Both the position numbers and the translations under genes were made by a program. Source: Candidatus Enterousia sp. (GTDB taxonomy: Bacteria; Pseudomonadota; Alphaproteobacteria; Rs-D84). Taken from it: a stretch of DNA of 64,000 nucleotides. Under the pieces are notes generated by a model. The model did no database searches. It worked only from the letters and a program-made list of their open reading frames with translations, and was not told the origin of the DNA. Positions 26,901 through 35,479 of the stretch are shown here, in pieces (the first letter of the stretch is position 1; each line of letters opens with the position of its first letter). The stretch covers positions 17,127 to 81,126 of the forward strand of contig JAZRSO010000004.1 in NCBI GenBank assembly GCA_045651525.1, read 5' to 3'.

Positions 26901-27074
26901 CTCATGTAACTTCTGTACACTACGGTTGTGGGTTTGTTCATATCTATACCATTCTATTTAATTTCTTCGCTAAGTGTGGGTGGTGGTGGCGCCCCTCATG
27001 TAACTTCTGTACACTATGGTTGTGGGTTTGTTCATATCTATACCATTATATTTAATTTCTTCGCAAAGTGTGGG
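26901..27074. repeat. Tandem direct repeat of two copies, each 94 bp and about 93% identical, with a flanking 13-bp stem hairpin.
   Basis: Copy 1 is 26901..26994 and copy 2 is 26995..27074. Both read ctcatgtaacttctgtacactayggttgtgggtttgttcatatctataccattmtatttaatttcttcgcwaagtgtggg. The stem CAAACCCACAACC (26889-26901) pairs with GGTTGTGGGTTTG (26924-26936). Confidence 0.8.
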
Positions 27075-27097
27075 CGATGTGGTATAATAAAGATAAT

Positions 27098-28309
27098 ATG
27101 TTTAAAATAAATCGAGTGTTTTTATTCGTATTTGTTTGCACAAAGGCAATTGCAGTTTGCCCAAATGGTTATCATAGTAATACGATTGATATTTCAAAAC
27201 TTAGTTCGGAAGAAAAAGGCATTTGGCAAGCCTCGGTCGCTACTTATACGCACTATTCATATACATCACAAGGATTAAAAACACGATGCGAGGGGTATGA
27301 TAACAGAATTGCAGGTGGTTGGTTTGGAACAGATGAAGGCGGTACATGCATTGATTGTCGATTTGATAATATGAAACATGGTGATTGGTATATAGAATTT
27401 GATTCTGAGAAAAGCGGTTTTTCAACTTTGCGTGGAACTAGTGCATGTATATCAACTTCCTATGCGTCTGGTGTTGGGGTTGGGCAGCCGTCAGATAGCG
27501 TTAATCCATCGCCAGGTGAACGTTCTGGCAGCAGTTGTTGGTGTAAGTTGTTGTCAATTGATGAAATTGCGGTTGATTCAAGATGGTTATATGATGGTTC
27601 TAATGGTCATTGGCCTTCGAGTACTTGTGTGCAAGAATGTGCGCAGACATGTGCGTCAGAAATAAGAAATTTATCAAATAAAATGTTAAAATCGATGTTT
27701 GCTTATACAAAAAAATCAGTTGTTAGTGGGTGTACTGCTAATAATCAAGAGATATATAATATTACATATGATTTAGCAGGTGGGCAGAATTACAAAGATG
27801 CACCTTTTTGTTATAAAATAACGTCTGGTGACATTGTTTTTGGACAGCCTGTTAAATCTGGTGAAGTTTTTGCATATTGGAAAAATGATAAAAACAAGGT
27901 GATTGATTCTATTGTACAGGGACAGACAGGAGATATTCATTTAATCGCTCAGTGGAGGTCAAATTTATTATGTCCTGCGGGACAATATTTATTTGATGGT
28001 TTGTGTGTGAATGTTGGTGCTGGTTTTTATTCGCCGGCAGATGATAATCTACGCTATCAATGTCCAAATAATTTGACGACACGTGGATATGGTTTTGCGT
28101 CAGATGAACTTGGCGACTGTGGCTATAAACTGCATGTCGGAAAGCAACAAATATTTTTACGCAGTCAGAAAAATACAAGCCCATCATTTTGTGCAAAAAT
28201 AAATAACAAGGTATTTTATGGTTCTATGACTAGTAACGATAAATGTGCGTTGTGTACGAAATATAAAGGTGTTAATTACTCTATACATGATGATTCTATG
28301 TACGATTAA
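27098..28309 (+). CDS. Secreted Cys-rich multidomain protein. It combines a CWC...CVxECAxxC core, a segment resembling the Listeria-Bacteroides (InlB B-repeat / Flg_new) repeat, and CxxGY-type Cys repeats.
   Basis: The signal peptide is MFKINRVFLFVFVCTKAIAVC. The core reads GTSACIS...SSCWCKLLS...STCVQECAQTCASE. The Flg_new-like stretch reads YNITYDLAGGQNYKDAPFCYKITSGDIVFGQPVKSGEVFAYWKND...IHLIAQW. The Cys repeats read LCPAGQYLFDGLCVNVGAGFY..CPNNLTTRGYGF. Confidence 0.65.
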   Translation: MFKINRVFLFVFVCTKAIAVCPNGYHSNTIDISKLSSEEKGIWQASVATYTHYSYTSQGLKTRCEGYDNRIAGGWFGTDEGGTCIDCRFDNMKHGDWYIEFDSEKSGFSTLRGTSACISTSYASGVGVGQPSDSVNPSPGERSGSSCWCKLLSIDEIAVDSRWLYDGSNGHWPSSTCVQECAQTCASEIRNLSNKMLKSMFAYTKKSVVSGCTANNQEIYNITYDLAGGQNYKDAPFCYKITSGDIVFGQPVKSGEVFAYWKNDKNKVIDSIVQGQTGDIHLIAQWRSNLLCPAGQYLFDGLCVNVGAGFYSPADDNLRYQCPNNLTTRGYGFASDELGDCGYKLHVGKQQIFLRSQKNTSPSFCAKINNKVFYGSMTSNDKCALCTKYKGVNYSIHDDSMYD

Positions 28310-28340
28310 TAAAAAATCCCCCGTTTGGGGGATTTTTTAT
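28310..28340. terminator. Bidirectional terminator of the ATCCCCC-gtttg-GGGGGAT type.
   Basis: aaaaaATCCCCCgtttGGGGGATtttttat is nearly identical to the hairpin at 63969..64000. The thyA stop lies in its T-run. Confidence 0.75.
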
Positions 28341-29278
28341 CGGGCGACATCGCCACGCAGGCGTTCGTGACAGACGTAATCTTTTAATTTAAATCCGTTG
28401 TTTGCATGCCAGTTTAGCATACCGTTCCAGTTTTCATTTGGTATTTCAACAGATGGCAGTTTATATGGTGTGCGTGTGATTTGTTCACGTGCTTGATTTA
28501 TATGGTTTTCATAAATATGCACGTCGTGCAGTTCGCCGCGCAGTACGCCCGGTTGCAGCCCTGCTTCTTTGGCGTATAACATCAATAACAGTGCATATGA
28601 TGCGATATTATACGGAATGCCCAAGAACATATCGCATGAACGCTGGGTCCATATTAAATTCAGTTTGTTATTGTGTACCAAAACCTGATGCATAATATGA
28701 CATGGTGGCAGTGCCATTTGATATTGGTCAACAGGATTCCATGCGTTTACAATTATACGACGATTGTTCGGGTCTGTTTTTATCGTATTTATTGCATTTG
28801 TCAGCTGGTCAACACCAGGATATTCTGGTTCAAAGTTTTTTTGTGGGTTGACCGGATTCCAAAAATATTTACCGCCAAAGTGACGCCATTGCCAGCCATA
28901 GATTGGCCCCAGGTCGCGTTCGTCAGACATTGTTTTGTTTTTCAATTCTGTTTTTTCGGCGTCTGACATATTTGGGTTGGCTTTGACTGCTTGTTCGTAT
29001 TTTGGTTGCCATTTTGTTGGGTTTGACCATTCGTCCCAAATGTGGCACTTTCTGTCGGCCAGCCACTTTTTATCTGTTATTCCATGAATAAAGAATTCTA
29101 GTTCTGTTGCGATATTTTTCAGCCCCATTTTCTTGGTTGTGACCAATGGAAATCCGTTTGACATATCGTGTTCAAAGGTTGCGCCCCATGGAATACGCAG
29201 TGTTTTAATGCCTGTGCGATTGTCGGACATTGTGCCGTTGTTAAGACAGTTGTTTAATATATCAAGATATGCTTTCAT
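28337..29278 (-). CDS. thyA: Thymidylate synthase ThyA, a form with an insertion.
   Basis: Conserved ThyA blocks are present (RTGIKTLRIPWGATFEHDMSNGFPLVTTKK and LPPCHIMHQVLVHNNKLNLIWTQRSCDMFLGIPYNIASYALL). The ATG at 29278 follows an AAGGGA Shine-Dalgarno sequence. Confidence 0.85.
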   Translation of the reverse strand: MKAYLDILNNCLNNGTMSDNRTGIKTLRIPWGATFEHDMSNGFPLVTTKKMGLKNIATELEFFIHGITDKKWLADRKCHIWDEWSNPTKWQPKYEQAVKANPNMSDAEKTELKNKTMSDERDLGPIYGWQWRHFGGKYFWNPVNPQKNFEPEYPGVDQLTNAINTIKTDPNNRRIIVNAWNPVDQYQMALPPCHIMHQVLVHNNKLNLIWTQRSCDMFLGIPYNIASYALLLMLYAKEAGLQPGVLRGELHDVHIYENHINQAREQITRTPYKLPSVEIPNENWNGMLNWHANNGFKLKDYVCHERLRGDVAR

Positions 29279-29293
29279 TTTTATAAATCCCTT

Positions 29294-29322
29294 GGATAAA
29301 AAACGCACCAAATGGTGCGTCT
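29294..29322 (-). terminator. Rho-independent terminator after tig.
   Basis: On the minus strand the sequence reads GACGCACCAtttGGTGCGTtttttatcc, immediately after the tig stop. Confidence 0.65.
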
Positions 29323-29325
29323 TTA

Positions 29326-30633
29326 TTATTTTACAGATGCCTGTTTGAACAAGTCGTCTGCATTAACTTTCTTTTCTTTGGTTTTGACGTGTGTCAACAT
29401 TGCGTCCAAAGCCTTGCGTTCGAACAGCATGCCACGTAACATTGCCAATGCATTTTGATTCTTGTTATAGAATTCAAAAACTTGTTTTGGATCTGGATAG
29501 CGTGAAGCTTCGGCCCAGATAGCTTGTTGCAGGTCATCACGTGTAACCTCAACCTTGTTTTGTGTGCCCCATTCTGCCAAAATCAGACCCAGTTTTACAC
29601 GGCGTTCTGCTTCTTTGCGTTCTGCCTTGTCATCCCACTTGTGTTCACATTTTGCGTCGTGACAATGTGCGTGTGAACGTTCAAATTCAGATTTTGCCAT
29701 ATTTAATTCTTGTTCAACCAATGTTTCTGGCAGTTCCAATTTAACCTTGTCTGCCAAAATGTCCAACAGTTCGTTGCGCATGTCACGTTGTGCAGCCTCA
29801 ACATATTGTTCGTTGATGATTTTGCGGATGTGTTCTTTTAATGCGTCAACAGTTTCTTGGCCAACCTGTTTTGCCAATTCGTCGTTCAATTCTGGCAAGA
29901 TGTGTTTGCGGATTTCATGAATTTCAACCGCAAAGCGTGCATCTTTGCCTGCCAAATTTTCCGCATGATAGTTTTCTGGGAATTTAACATTTACGTCAAA
30001 TTTATCGCCAACTTTGTGACCGATGATTTGGTCTTCGAAACCTGGGATAAATGAACCAGAACCCAAAATCAAGTGATGTTTGGTTGCCGCACCGCCTTCG
30101 AATGCGTCGTCACCGATAAAGCCTGTAAAGTCAATTACAGCAACGTCACCGTTTGCAGCCTTGTACTTTTCGTCTTGTTTTTCTGCAACACTGCGGCTTT
30201 TGCGGATGTTTTCCAATGCGATATCAACTTCTTTTTCATCCAGTTCTGCAACCTTTTTTGTTACAGTGATTTTTTCCAAATCAATTTCTGGTAATGTTGG
30301 CAAAATATCAAATTCCAATGAATATTCTGCGTCTTTGCCGATTTCCCAACCGGCCAAGTCTGCCTTTGGTGCGCCGGCCAGACGGATTTTTTTGTCTGCG
30401 ATATAGTTGTTCAAATCTGCGTTCATTAATTTATCAATTGCTTCGCCGTATGCAGATACGTTGTATTTCTGACGTAAAATAGACAATGGAATCTTACCAG
30501 CGCGGAAACCAGGCATTTTTGCCTTTTTGCCATATTCCAACAGGATTTCGTCAGCAGCTGCCTGTAAATCAGATGCAGAAATTGTACCATTTACAGAATA
30601 ATGTAAATCTTTGATTTTTTCTTTTGTAAACAT
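29326..30633 (-). CDS. tig: Trigger factor.
   Basis: The N-terminal ribosome-binding region (MPGFRAGKIPLSILRQKY) and the overall 436-aa architecture match trigger factor. An AGGGGAAAA Shine-Dalgarno sequence precedes the start. Confidence 0.85.
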   Translation of the reverse strand: MFTKEKIKDLHYSVNGTISASDLQAAADEILLEYGKKAKMPGFRAGKIPLSILRQKYNVSAYGEAIDKLMNADLNNYIADKKIRLAGAPKADLAGWEIGKDAEYSLEFDILPTLPEIDLEKITVTKKVAELDEKEVDIALENIRKSRSVAEKQDEKYKAANGDVAVIDFTGFIGDDAFEGGAATKHHLILGSGSFIPGFEDQIIGHKVGDKFDVNVKFPENYHAENLAGKDARFAVEIHEIRKHILPELNDELAKQVGQETVDALKEHIRKIINEQYVEAAQRDMRNELLDILADKVKLELPETLVEQELNMAKSEFERSHAHCHDAKCEHKWDDKAERKEAERRVKLGLILAEWGTQNKVEVTRDDLQQAIWAEASRYPDPKQVFEFYNKNQNALAMLRGMLFERKALDAMLTHVKTKEKKVNADDLFKQASVK

Positions 30634-30700
30634 ATGTTTTCCCCTAAATTTAATTAGAATTGCCCCGTGATTATACAATGTTTTTTAATGAAAGCAATAA

Positions 30701-30731
30701 TAAAAAAATCCCCATGACGGGGATTTTTTTC
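30701..30731 (-). terminator. Rho-independent terminator after rpsI, of the ATCCCC/GGGGAT type.
   Basis: aaaaaaATCCCCatgacGGGGATttttttc. The terminator lies between the rpsI stop (30746) and the tig start (30633), both on the minus strand. Confidence 0.7.
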
Positions 30732-30745
30732 TTGTTCCAAACAAA

Positions 30746-31219
30746 TTAACGTTTTGAGAACTGAGTTGAACGACGTGCCTTGCGATAACCATAGTGTTTA
30801 CGTTCAACAACACGGCTGTCGCGTGTCAAGAAGCCAGCAGACTTTAACGCTGCACGCAATTCTGGTTCGATTTTTTCCAATGCCTTGGAGATACCGTGTT
30901 TAACGGCACCAGCCTGACCAGATAAACCGCCACCTTCAACCATTGCGACGATGTCGTATGCAGATTCACGTTTTGTGACCTGGAATGGTTGTGCGATAAT
31001 CATCTGTAATACAGCACGACGGAAATATTCGTTGGATGCCTTGCCGTTTACTGTGATGTTGCCCTTGCCTGGCATCAAGTATACGCGTGCAACAGAATCT
31101 TTACGTTTACCTGTTGCGTATGTTGCGTCGTTTAATTTTGGTGTTGCAACAGCTGCTGTTTTCTTTGCAGGGGCAGCTTTTTTAACTGTCTTTGTTGTTG
31201 CTTTCTTTGTTTCTGCCAT
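30746..31219 (-). CDS. rpsI: 30S ribosomal protein S9 with a Lys/Ala-rich N-terminal extension.
   Basis: The C-terminal S9 signature reads [19 protein letters not shown]...[25 protein letters not shown]. Its start overlaps the rplM stop as TAATG. Confidence 0.9.
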   Translation of the reverse strand: MAETKKATTKTVKKAAPAKKTAAVATPKLNDATYATGKRKDSVARVYLMPGKGNITVNGKASNEYFRRAVLQMIIAQPFQVTKRESAYDIVAMVEGGGLSGQAGAVKHGISKALEKIEPELRAALKSAGFLTRDSRVVERKHYGYRKARRSTQFSKR

Positions 31220-31692
31220 TATTCGCCCCTTTTGTTTTTACGGTTCAAACCTGCGAAATCGATAACCTGTGGGTTTTGTGCAGCGTGTTTGTGTTCACTG
31301 CCAGCATATACATGCAGTTTTGTCAAACGTTGGTTTGCCAATGCAACTGCTGTACGACGACCCATCATACGTTTAACTGCGTTGAAAACCAATTTTTCTG
31401 GTTTTTCAGAACGCATCTGACCCAATGTACGTGATTTCAAAGAACCAGTCCACAAAGAGTGCCAGAAGAAACGATCTTTATCAGCCTTGTGACCAGATAA
31501 TGCAACCTTGTCAGCATTGATGATAACAACATGATCGCCGCAATCCATGTTTGGTGTCCATGTTGGTTTGTGTTTGCCACGCAGGATGTTTGCGGTATAT
31601 GCCGCCAAACGACCCAATGTGCAATCTGTTGCGTCAATCAGATACCATTTGGCATCTAATTCGCACTTTTTTAACGATTTTGTCGCTGCCAT
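31219..31692 (-). CDS. rplM: 50S ribosomal protein L13.
   Basis: The sequence [48 protein letters not shown] matches L13. Confidence 0.9.
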   Translation of the reverse strand: MAATKSLKKCELDAKWYLIDATDCTLGRLAAYTANILRGKHKPTWTPNMDCGDHVVIINADKVALSGHKADKDRFFWHSLWTGSLKSRTLGQMRSEKPEKLVFNAVKRMMGRRTAVALANQRLTKLHVYAGSEHKHAAQNPQVIDFAGLNRKNKRGE

Positions 31693-31800
31693 TTTATATT
31701 TTCCTTATGGTTTATAAATTAAAGCGGATGTATTATGACGCAAACCCGCAGAAATGTCAAGAAAAATCAATACGGTATTATAGTACCGGGCAATAGACTG

Positions 31801-31830
31801 ATAAAAACGCCCGTTTGGGCGTTTTTTTTA
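31801..31830 (-). terminator. Rho-independent terminator after the histidine kinase gene.
   Basis: ACGCCCgtttGGGCGT is flanked by A and T runs. The kinase stop codon lies inside the run. Confidence 0.65.
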
Positions 31831-33108
31831 TATTGGTAATACCACCCTGACCTTTAATCCGCCAAGGGTGCTGTCTTCCAGGAATAATTGACCGCCATGG
31901 TTTTCAATTGCTGTTTGCGCAATTGACAGACCCAGTCCCGTACCCCCAGTATCTGTGCCGCGCGCATCGTCCAGTCGTACAAATGGGCGTAATGCGTCTT
32001 TCTTGCGGTCGTCTGGAATTCCAATGCCATCATCTTCGATAATGATTTCAACGTTGTCCGCAGAGTCAATTTCGGTGATTTTGATTTGCTTTTTCGCATA
32101 TCTGGCGGCGTTTTCAATAATATTTCCAAATGCGTGTGCCAGTGCCATTGGGCGCGCATAGAACTGTGCCGGTGTTTCAGGGAAATTTGTAACGATTTTC
32201 TTGTCCGGTGCCGCGTCACGTGCAATACGGGTCAGTATTGGTGGCAGTTCGGTTGTTTGTTCTATTTCTGGGGTTTCGCCGCGCGCAAATGCCAGATAGC
32301 CGTTTATCATTTCTGTCATACGGTCGATATCGCGAATTAAATCGTCATTTGATGCAGTATCTGTTTCAACAGCCAAGCGCATACGGGTCAATGGGGCCTT
32401 TAAGTCGTGACTGACAGCGTTTAACATATCTGTACGTGTGCGGTTGTATCTGTCCAGACGTTCTTTCATTGTAATCATGGATGCGGCCGCTTCGCGGATT
32501 TCTTTGGACCCAGTTGGTTCAAAACCTGGGGCGTCCAGACCACGACCAAATCGATTGGCGGCACGTGCGATGCGTCTGATACTGCGTGTGTGCAATATTA
32601 TAAATGGTGAAATCAGAATAGATACAATCAATATCGATCCAATCAGCCATATAATAAATACTTCGGTACTGGTGGAATATATTCTGTGTAACGATGTTCC
32701 AAACGTTGCAATTTGGTTGTCTTTTGTTGGGACATCAATGAACAGTAAACGCTTGCCACGGTCAATGTATATGTCCGCAGGTCTTTTTAACCGTTTTGAT
32801 AGTTCAGATGCCAGTTGACCCGCTTCGTGTGCGTCATTGTCGTTGTGACGCGGACGATTAAGCGTTTGATTTATGCTGAAATTTATACCGATATTATTGG
32901 CGAATTGTTCGGCCTCGGCTGATTTGTCTTGGTCAATGAAATTCATCATAGTTGTAACTTCGCCCGCCATTGTGCGCGCCAATGTATTGTGTACGCGCGA
33001 CCAGTGATTGCCAAAGAATGCGTTGGCAACAATAACCTGGGCAATGACCAAGGGAATTAAAATCATCAATATTGTGCGCCATAAAAAACTGCGTGGTGTT
33101 AGTCTCAT
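31828..33108 (-). CDS. Sensor histidine kinase with TM, HAMP, HisKA and HATPase_c regions.
   Basis: The H-box reads AVSHDLKAPLTRMRL. G1/G2 boxes are present (DDGIGIP...GGTGLGLSI). The start overlaps the response regulator stop as ATGA. Confidence 0.8.
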   Translation of the reverse strand: MRLTPRSFLWRTILMILIPLVIAQVIVANAFFGNHWSRVHNTLARTMAGEVTTMMNFIDQDKSAEAEQFANNIGINFSINQTLNRPRHNDNDAHEAGQLASELSKRLKRPADIYIDRGKRLLFIDVPTKDNQIATFGTSLHRIYSTSTEVFIIWLIGSILIVSILISPFIILHTRSIRRIARAANRFGRGLDAPGFEPTGSKEIREAAASMITMKERLDRYNRTRTDMLNAVSHDLKAPLTRMRLAVETDTASNDDLIRDIDRMTEMINGYLAFARGETPEIEQTTELPPILTRIARDAAPDKKIVTNFPETPAQFYARPMALAHAFGNIIENAARYAKKQIKITEIDSADNVEIIIEDDGIGIPDDRKKDALRPFVRLDDARGTDTGGTGLGLSIAQTAIENHGGQLFLEDSTLGGLKVRVVLPI

Positions 33109-33764
33109 TTGTTGGCTCCGTCTGTGTTATCAGGTTGTGTATTCAGGTTTATTAATTTGTAGCCCTGCCCCCTGATGGTTATTATATCTAAATCAGATAA
33201 TACAATATTTAATTTACTTCGCAAGCGTTTTGCAACCATTGGTGACGCAGGTGCAATATTACCCATTGGACAAGTTAAATTTTGTAACAGTCTTTTTTCT
33301 TCGCCAGACAGTGCCAATAAGGTCGGCGTGCCGTTTTGTGTTATGAAAAATTCATTGTCAACCAGTGTAAGCCCAAATGGCAACTGTGATGATGTTGTTG
33401 GGTTTTGTGGAATAATGTTGTTTAATCGCAGTACCAGTTCTCGCATTTGGAAGGGTTTGGCCAGATAATCATTTGCACCACCTGCCAGTCCGTCAATTGT
33501 GTTTTCTGGGCCTGTCATCGCAGTCAGCATAATCACAGGTGTTTTATTTCCTTGTGCGCGTAATTTTTGCAAGAACCTCAGACCGTCCATGCCAGTCATC
33601 ATTCTGTCTAGAATAATTGCATCAACAGAAATACGTGATAAAATTTCGTTCCCATCTTCGGCAGATTGTGCCGTCAGAACGTTAAAGCCATCTGAACGCA
33701 GTCCCTTGGACAGCGTATTGCGTAAAATATCGTCGTCATCAATAATTAAAACGGTTTTATTCAT
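33105..33764 (-). CDS. OmpR-family response regulator.
   Basis: The receiver domain reads VLIIDDDDILRN...DAIILDRMMTGMDGL...KPF. The C-terminal winged helix contains RGQGYKL. Confidence 0.85.
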   Translation of the reverse strand: MNKTVLIIDDDDILRNTLSKGLRSDGFNVLTAQSAEDGNEILSRISVDAIILDRMMTGMDGLRFLQKLRAQGNKTPVIMLTAMTGPENTIDGLAGGANDYLAKPFQMRELVLRLNNIIPQNPTTSSQLPFGLTLVDNEFFITQNGTPTLLALSGEEKRLLQNLTCPMGNIAPASPMVAKRLRSKLNIVLSDLDIITIRGQGYKLINLNTQPDNTDGANK

Positions 33765-34678
33765 CTTTTTACTGGTTCAACGGCATATTCCCCAGGTTGA
33801 ATCATGCGTGCGTCGTTTGCAGACATGTTGTCCAGGTCATATGTTGCGGCACGGAATTGCATGCCACCGGTTGTAAATTCTGTTTTAAACAGTGCGTATC
33901 CTGTACCGCCACCTGTTGTTGGTCCCTGCATTCCCAGCGAATAATATCCGCCCATAATACCATAATCCAAGTCAATGTAATCCAAGCTTACGATCAAAGA
34001 TACACTGCTGATGCCATCGCTGGTCATATTACATGCAAATTCACGGTTGGATAATACCGCCTCGGAATTTACGGGTACCATAATATCCATAACGGTTGGT
34101 TCACACTTGCGGTCAATTCCGTTTACCAAGAATTCATATGTCATACCAACAGTTGCCTTGGACAGACCTGTTGAAACGCTGACCTGTGAAATGGTTGCTT
34201 TGGGTATTTTAACCATGGCGTTTGCAATACCGCTGCGTACAGGGAATGAAATACCAGATTGCAGACAATCGCGTGAGAATGGGTCAGCTTCGCATATATA
34301 AACGCGTGAGTGTGCGTTCATCATAAACATATTTGCCAAGCTGTTAAACAAGAAAGAACGTGTGATACGGTCGTTCAGGCGTGTGCAACCAAAATTACGG
34401 CAAATAACCATTGGACGGTCTGCGAACATAACGCCTGGGTGGGCGGCAGATTCAATTTTGCGTGCCTCGATAATATTCTGGTCATAGTCTAAACTGTCTG
34501 CGCGTTCCATAAATTCTGTTTCTGGAATAAAATTTGGGTCGTCTGGATATGCATAATAAGACTGAACAGGTGTTTCAGTGTATATTGTCTGAAAATCCTG
34601 ATAAATAAATTCGTCTTGTGCATAGGCGGAAAATCCGCAGAATACTGCAAAAATTGATGTTAAAAATGTTTTCAACAT
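33761..34678 (-). CDS. Secreted hypothetical protein of 305 aa, translationally coupled upstream of the two-component genes.
   Basis: The signal peptide is MLKTFLTSIFAVFCGFSAYAQD. Its stop overlaps the regulator start as ATGA. No recognizable domain was found. Confidence 0.55.
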   Translation of the reverse strand: MLKTFLTSIFAVFCGFSAYAQDEFIYQDFQTIYTETPVQSYYAYPDDPNFIPETEFMERADSLDYDQNIIEARKIESAAHPGVMFADRPMVICRNFGCTRLNDRITRSFLFNSLANMFMMNAHSRVYICEADPFSRDCLQSGISFPVRSGIANAMVKIPKATISQVSVSTGLSKATVGMTYEFLVNGIDRKCEPTVMDIMVPVNSEAVLSNREFACNMTSDGISSVSLIVSLDYIDLDYGIMGGYYSLGMQGPTTGGGTGYALFKTEFTTGGMQFRAATYDLDNMSANDARMIQPGEYAVEPVKR

Positions 34679-34816
34679 GGTACGACCTTTTGTTCTCTCA
34701 GGTCAATAATAGAACATTTTAGACAATTGTGTCAAAACAAAAATATTTTTATTGAAATTTGTGTTCGCTTTGTTCTAAGTTAAATATAGATTAAATGTAA
34801 AGAAAGGTAAGAAAAT

Positions 34817-35476
34817 ATGGTTGATATCATAATTTCAGGTGATGCAGGCAAGTTGCATGCCGTATATCACAAATCTGCAAACGAGGCTGCCCCACTGGCG
34901 GTTATACTGTCTGGGAATCCACGACAAAAATATCATATGAACGACCGTGTGTCTTATGCGATGTTCCGTGCGTTTATGGATATTGGCTTTTCTGTGGTGC
35001 GGTTTAATTATCGCGGTGTTGGTGATTCTGATGGTGTGATTGGTACAACGTCTGATAATATGCTGGATATTGCGACTGTTATTGACTGGATTCAAAATCA
35101 TAACGAAGATAGCGATAAAATTTGGCTGGCTGGACATCAGTTGGGCGCATGGTATGTATTACAGGCCATGATGCGTCGTCCAGAAATTTCTGGTTTTGCG
35201 TTGGTGTCACCGGATGCGTCTGTTTCTGACTTTGCATTCTTGTCGCCACGTCCAAATCGTGGTCTGTTGTTACAGGGAACTGCGGAACCTGATGATGCAC
35301 GTGCGTTTGGCGTACATTTAACACAGGTTTTGAAAAAACAGGCACAAATTGACTTGGAAACAATCCGCGTCAAGGGTGCAGATGCAATGTACAGTCAGCC
35401 GGCTGACCTGCGTCAGATGTATAATGATTTAAAGGCCTATGTTGGTCGTGAAAACGAAGAAGACAAGTTGTTGTAA
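34817..35476 (+). CDS. Alpha/beta-hydrolase-fold protein with a Ser to Gln substitution in the nucleophile elbow (GHQLG).
   Basis: The fold signature is ...VVRFNYRGVGDSDG...KIWLAGHQLGAWY. The motif is G-H-Q-L-G where G-x-S-x-G is expected. Confidence 0.55.
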   Translation: MVDIIISGDAGKLHAVYHKSANEAAPLAVILSGNPRQKYHMNDRVSYAMFRAFMDIGFSVVRFNYRGVGDSDGVIGTTSDNMLDIATVIDWIQNHNEDSDKIWLAGHQLGAWYVLQAMMRRPEISGFALVSPDASVSDFAFLSPRPNRGLLLQGTAEPDDARAFGVHLTQVLKKQAQIDLETIRVKGADAMYSQPADLRQMYNDLKAYVGRENEEDKLL

Positions 35477-35479
35477 ATT

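Noticed and set aside
26901-27074. Possible CRISPR array from the direct repeats at 26901-27074 and 51251-51999.
   Set aside because: Only two copies are present in each case. The repeat units are 94 bp and about 400 bp with no unique spacers between them. No cas genes lie in the window.
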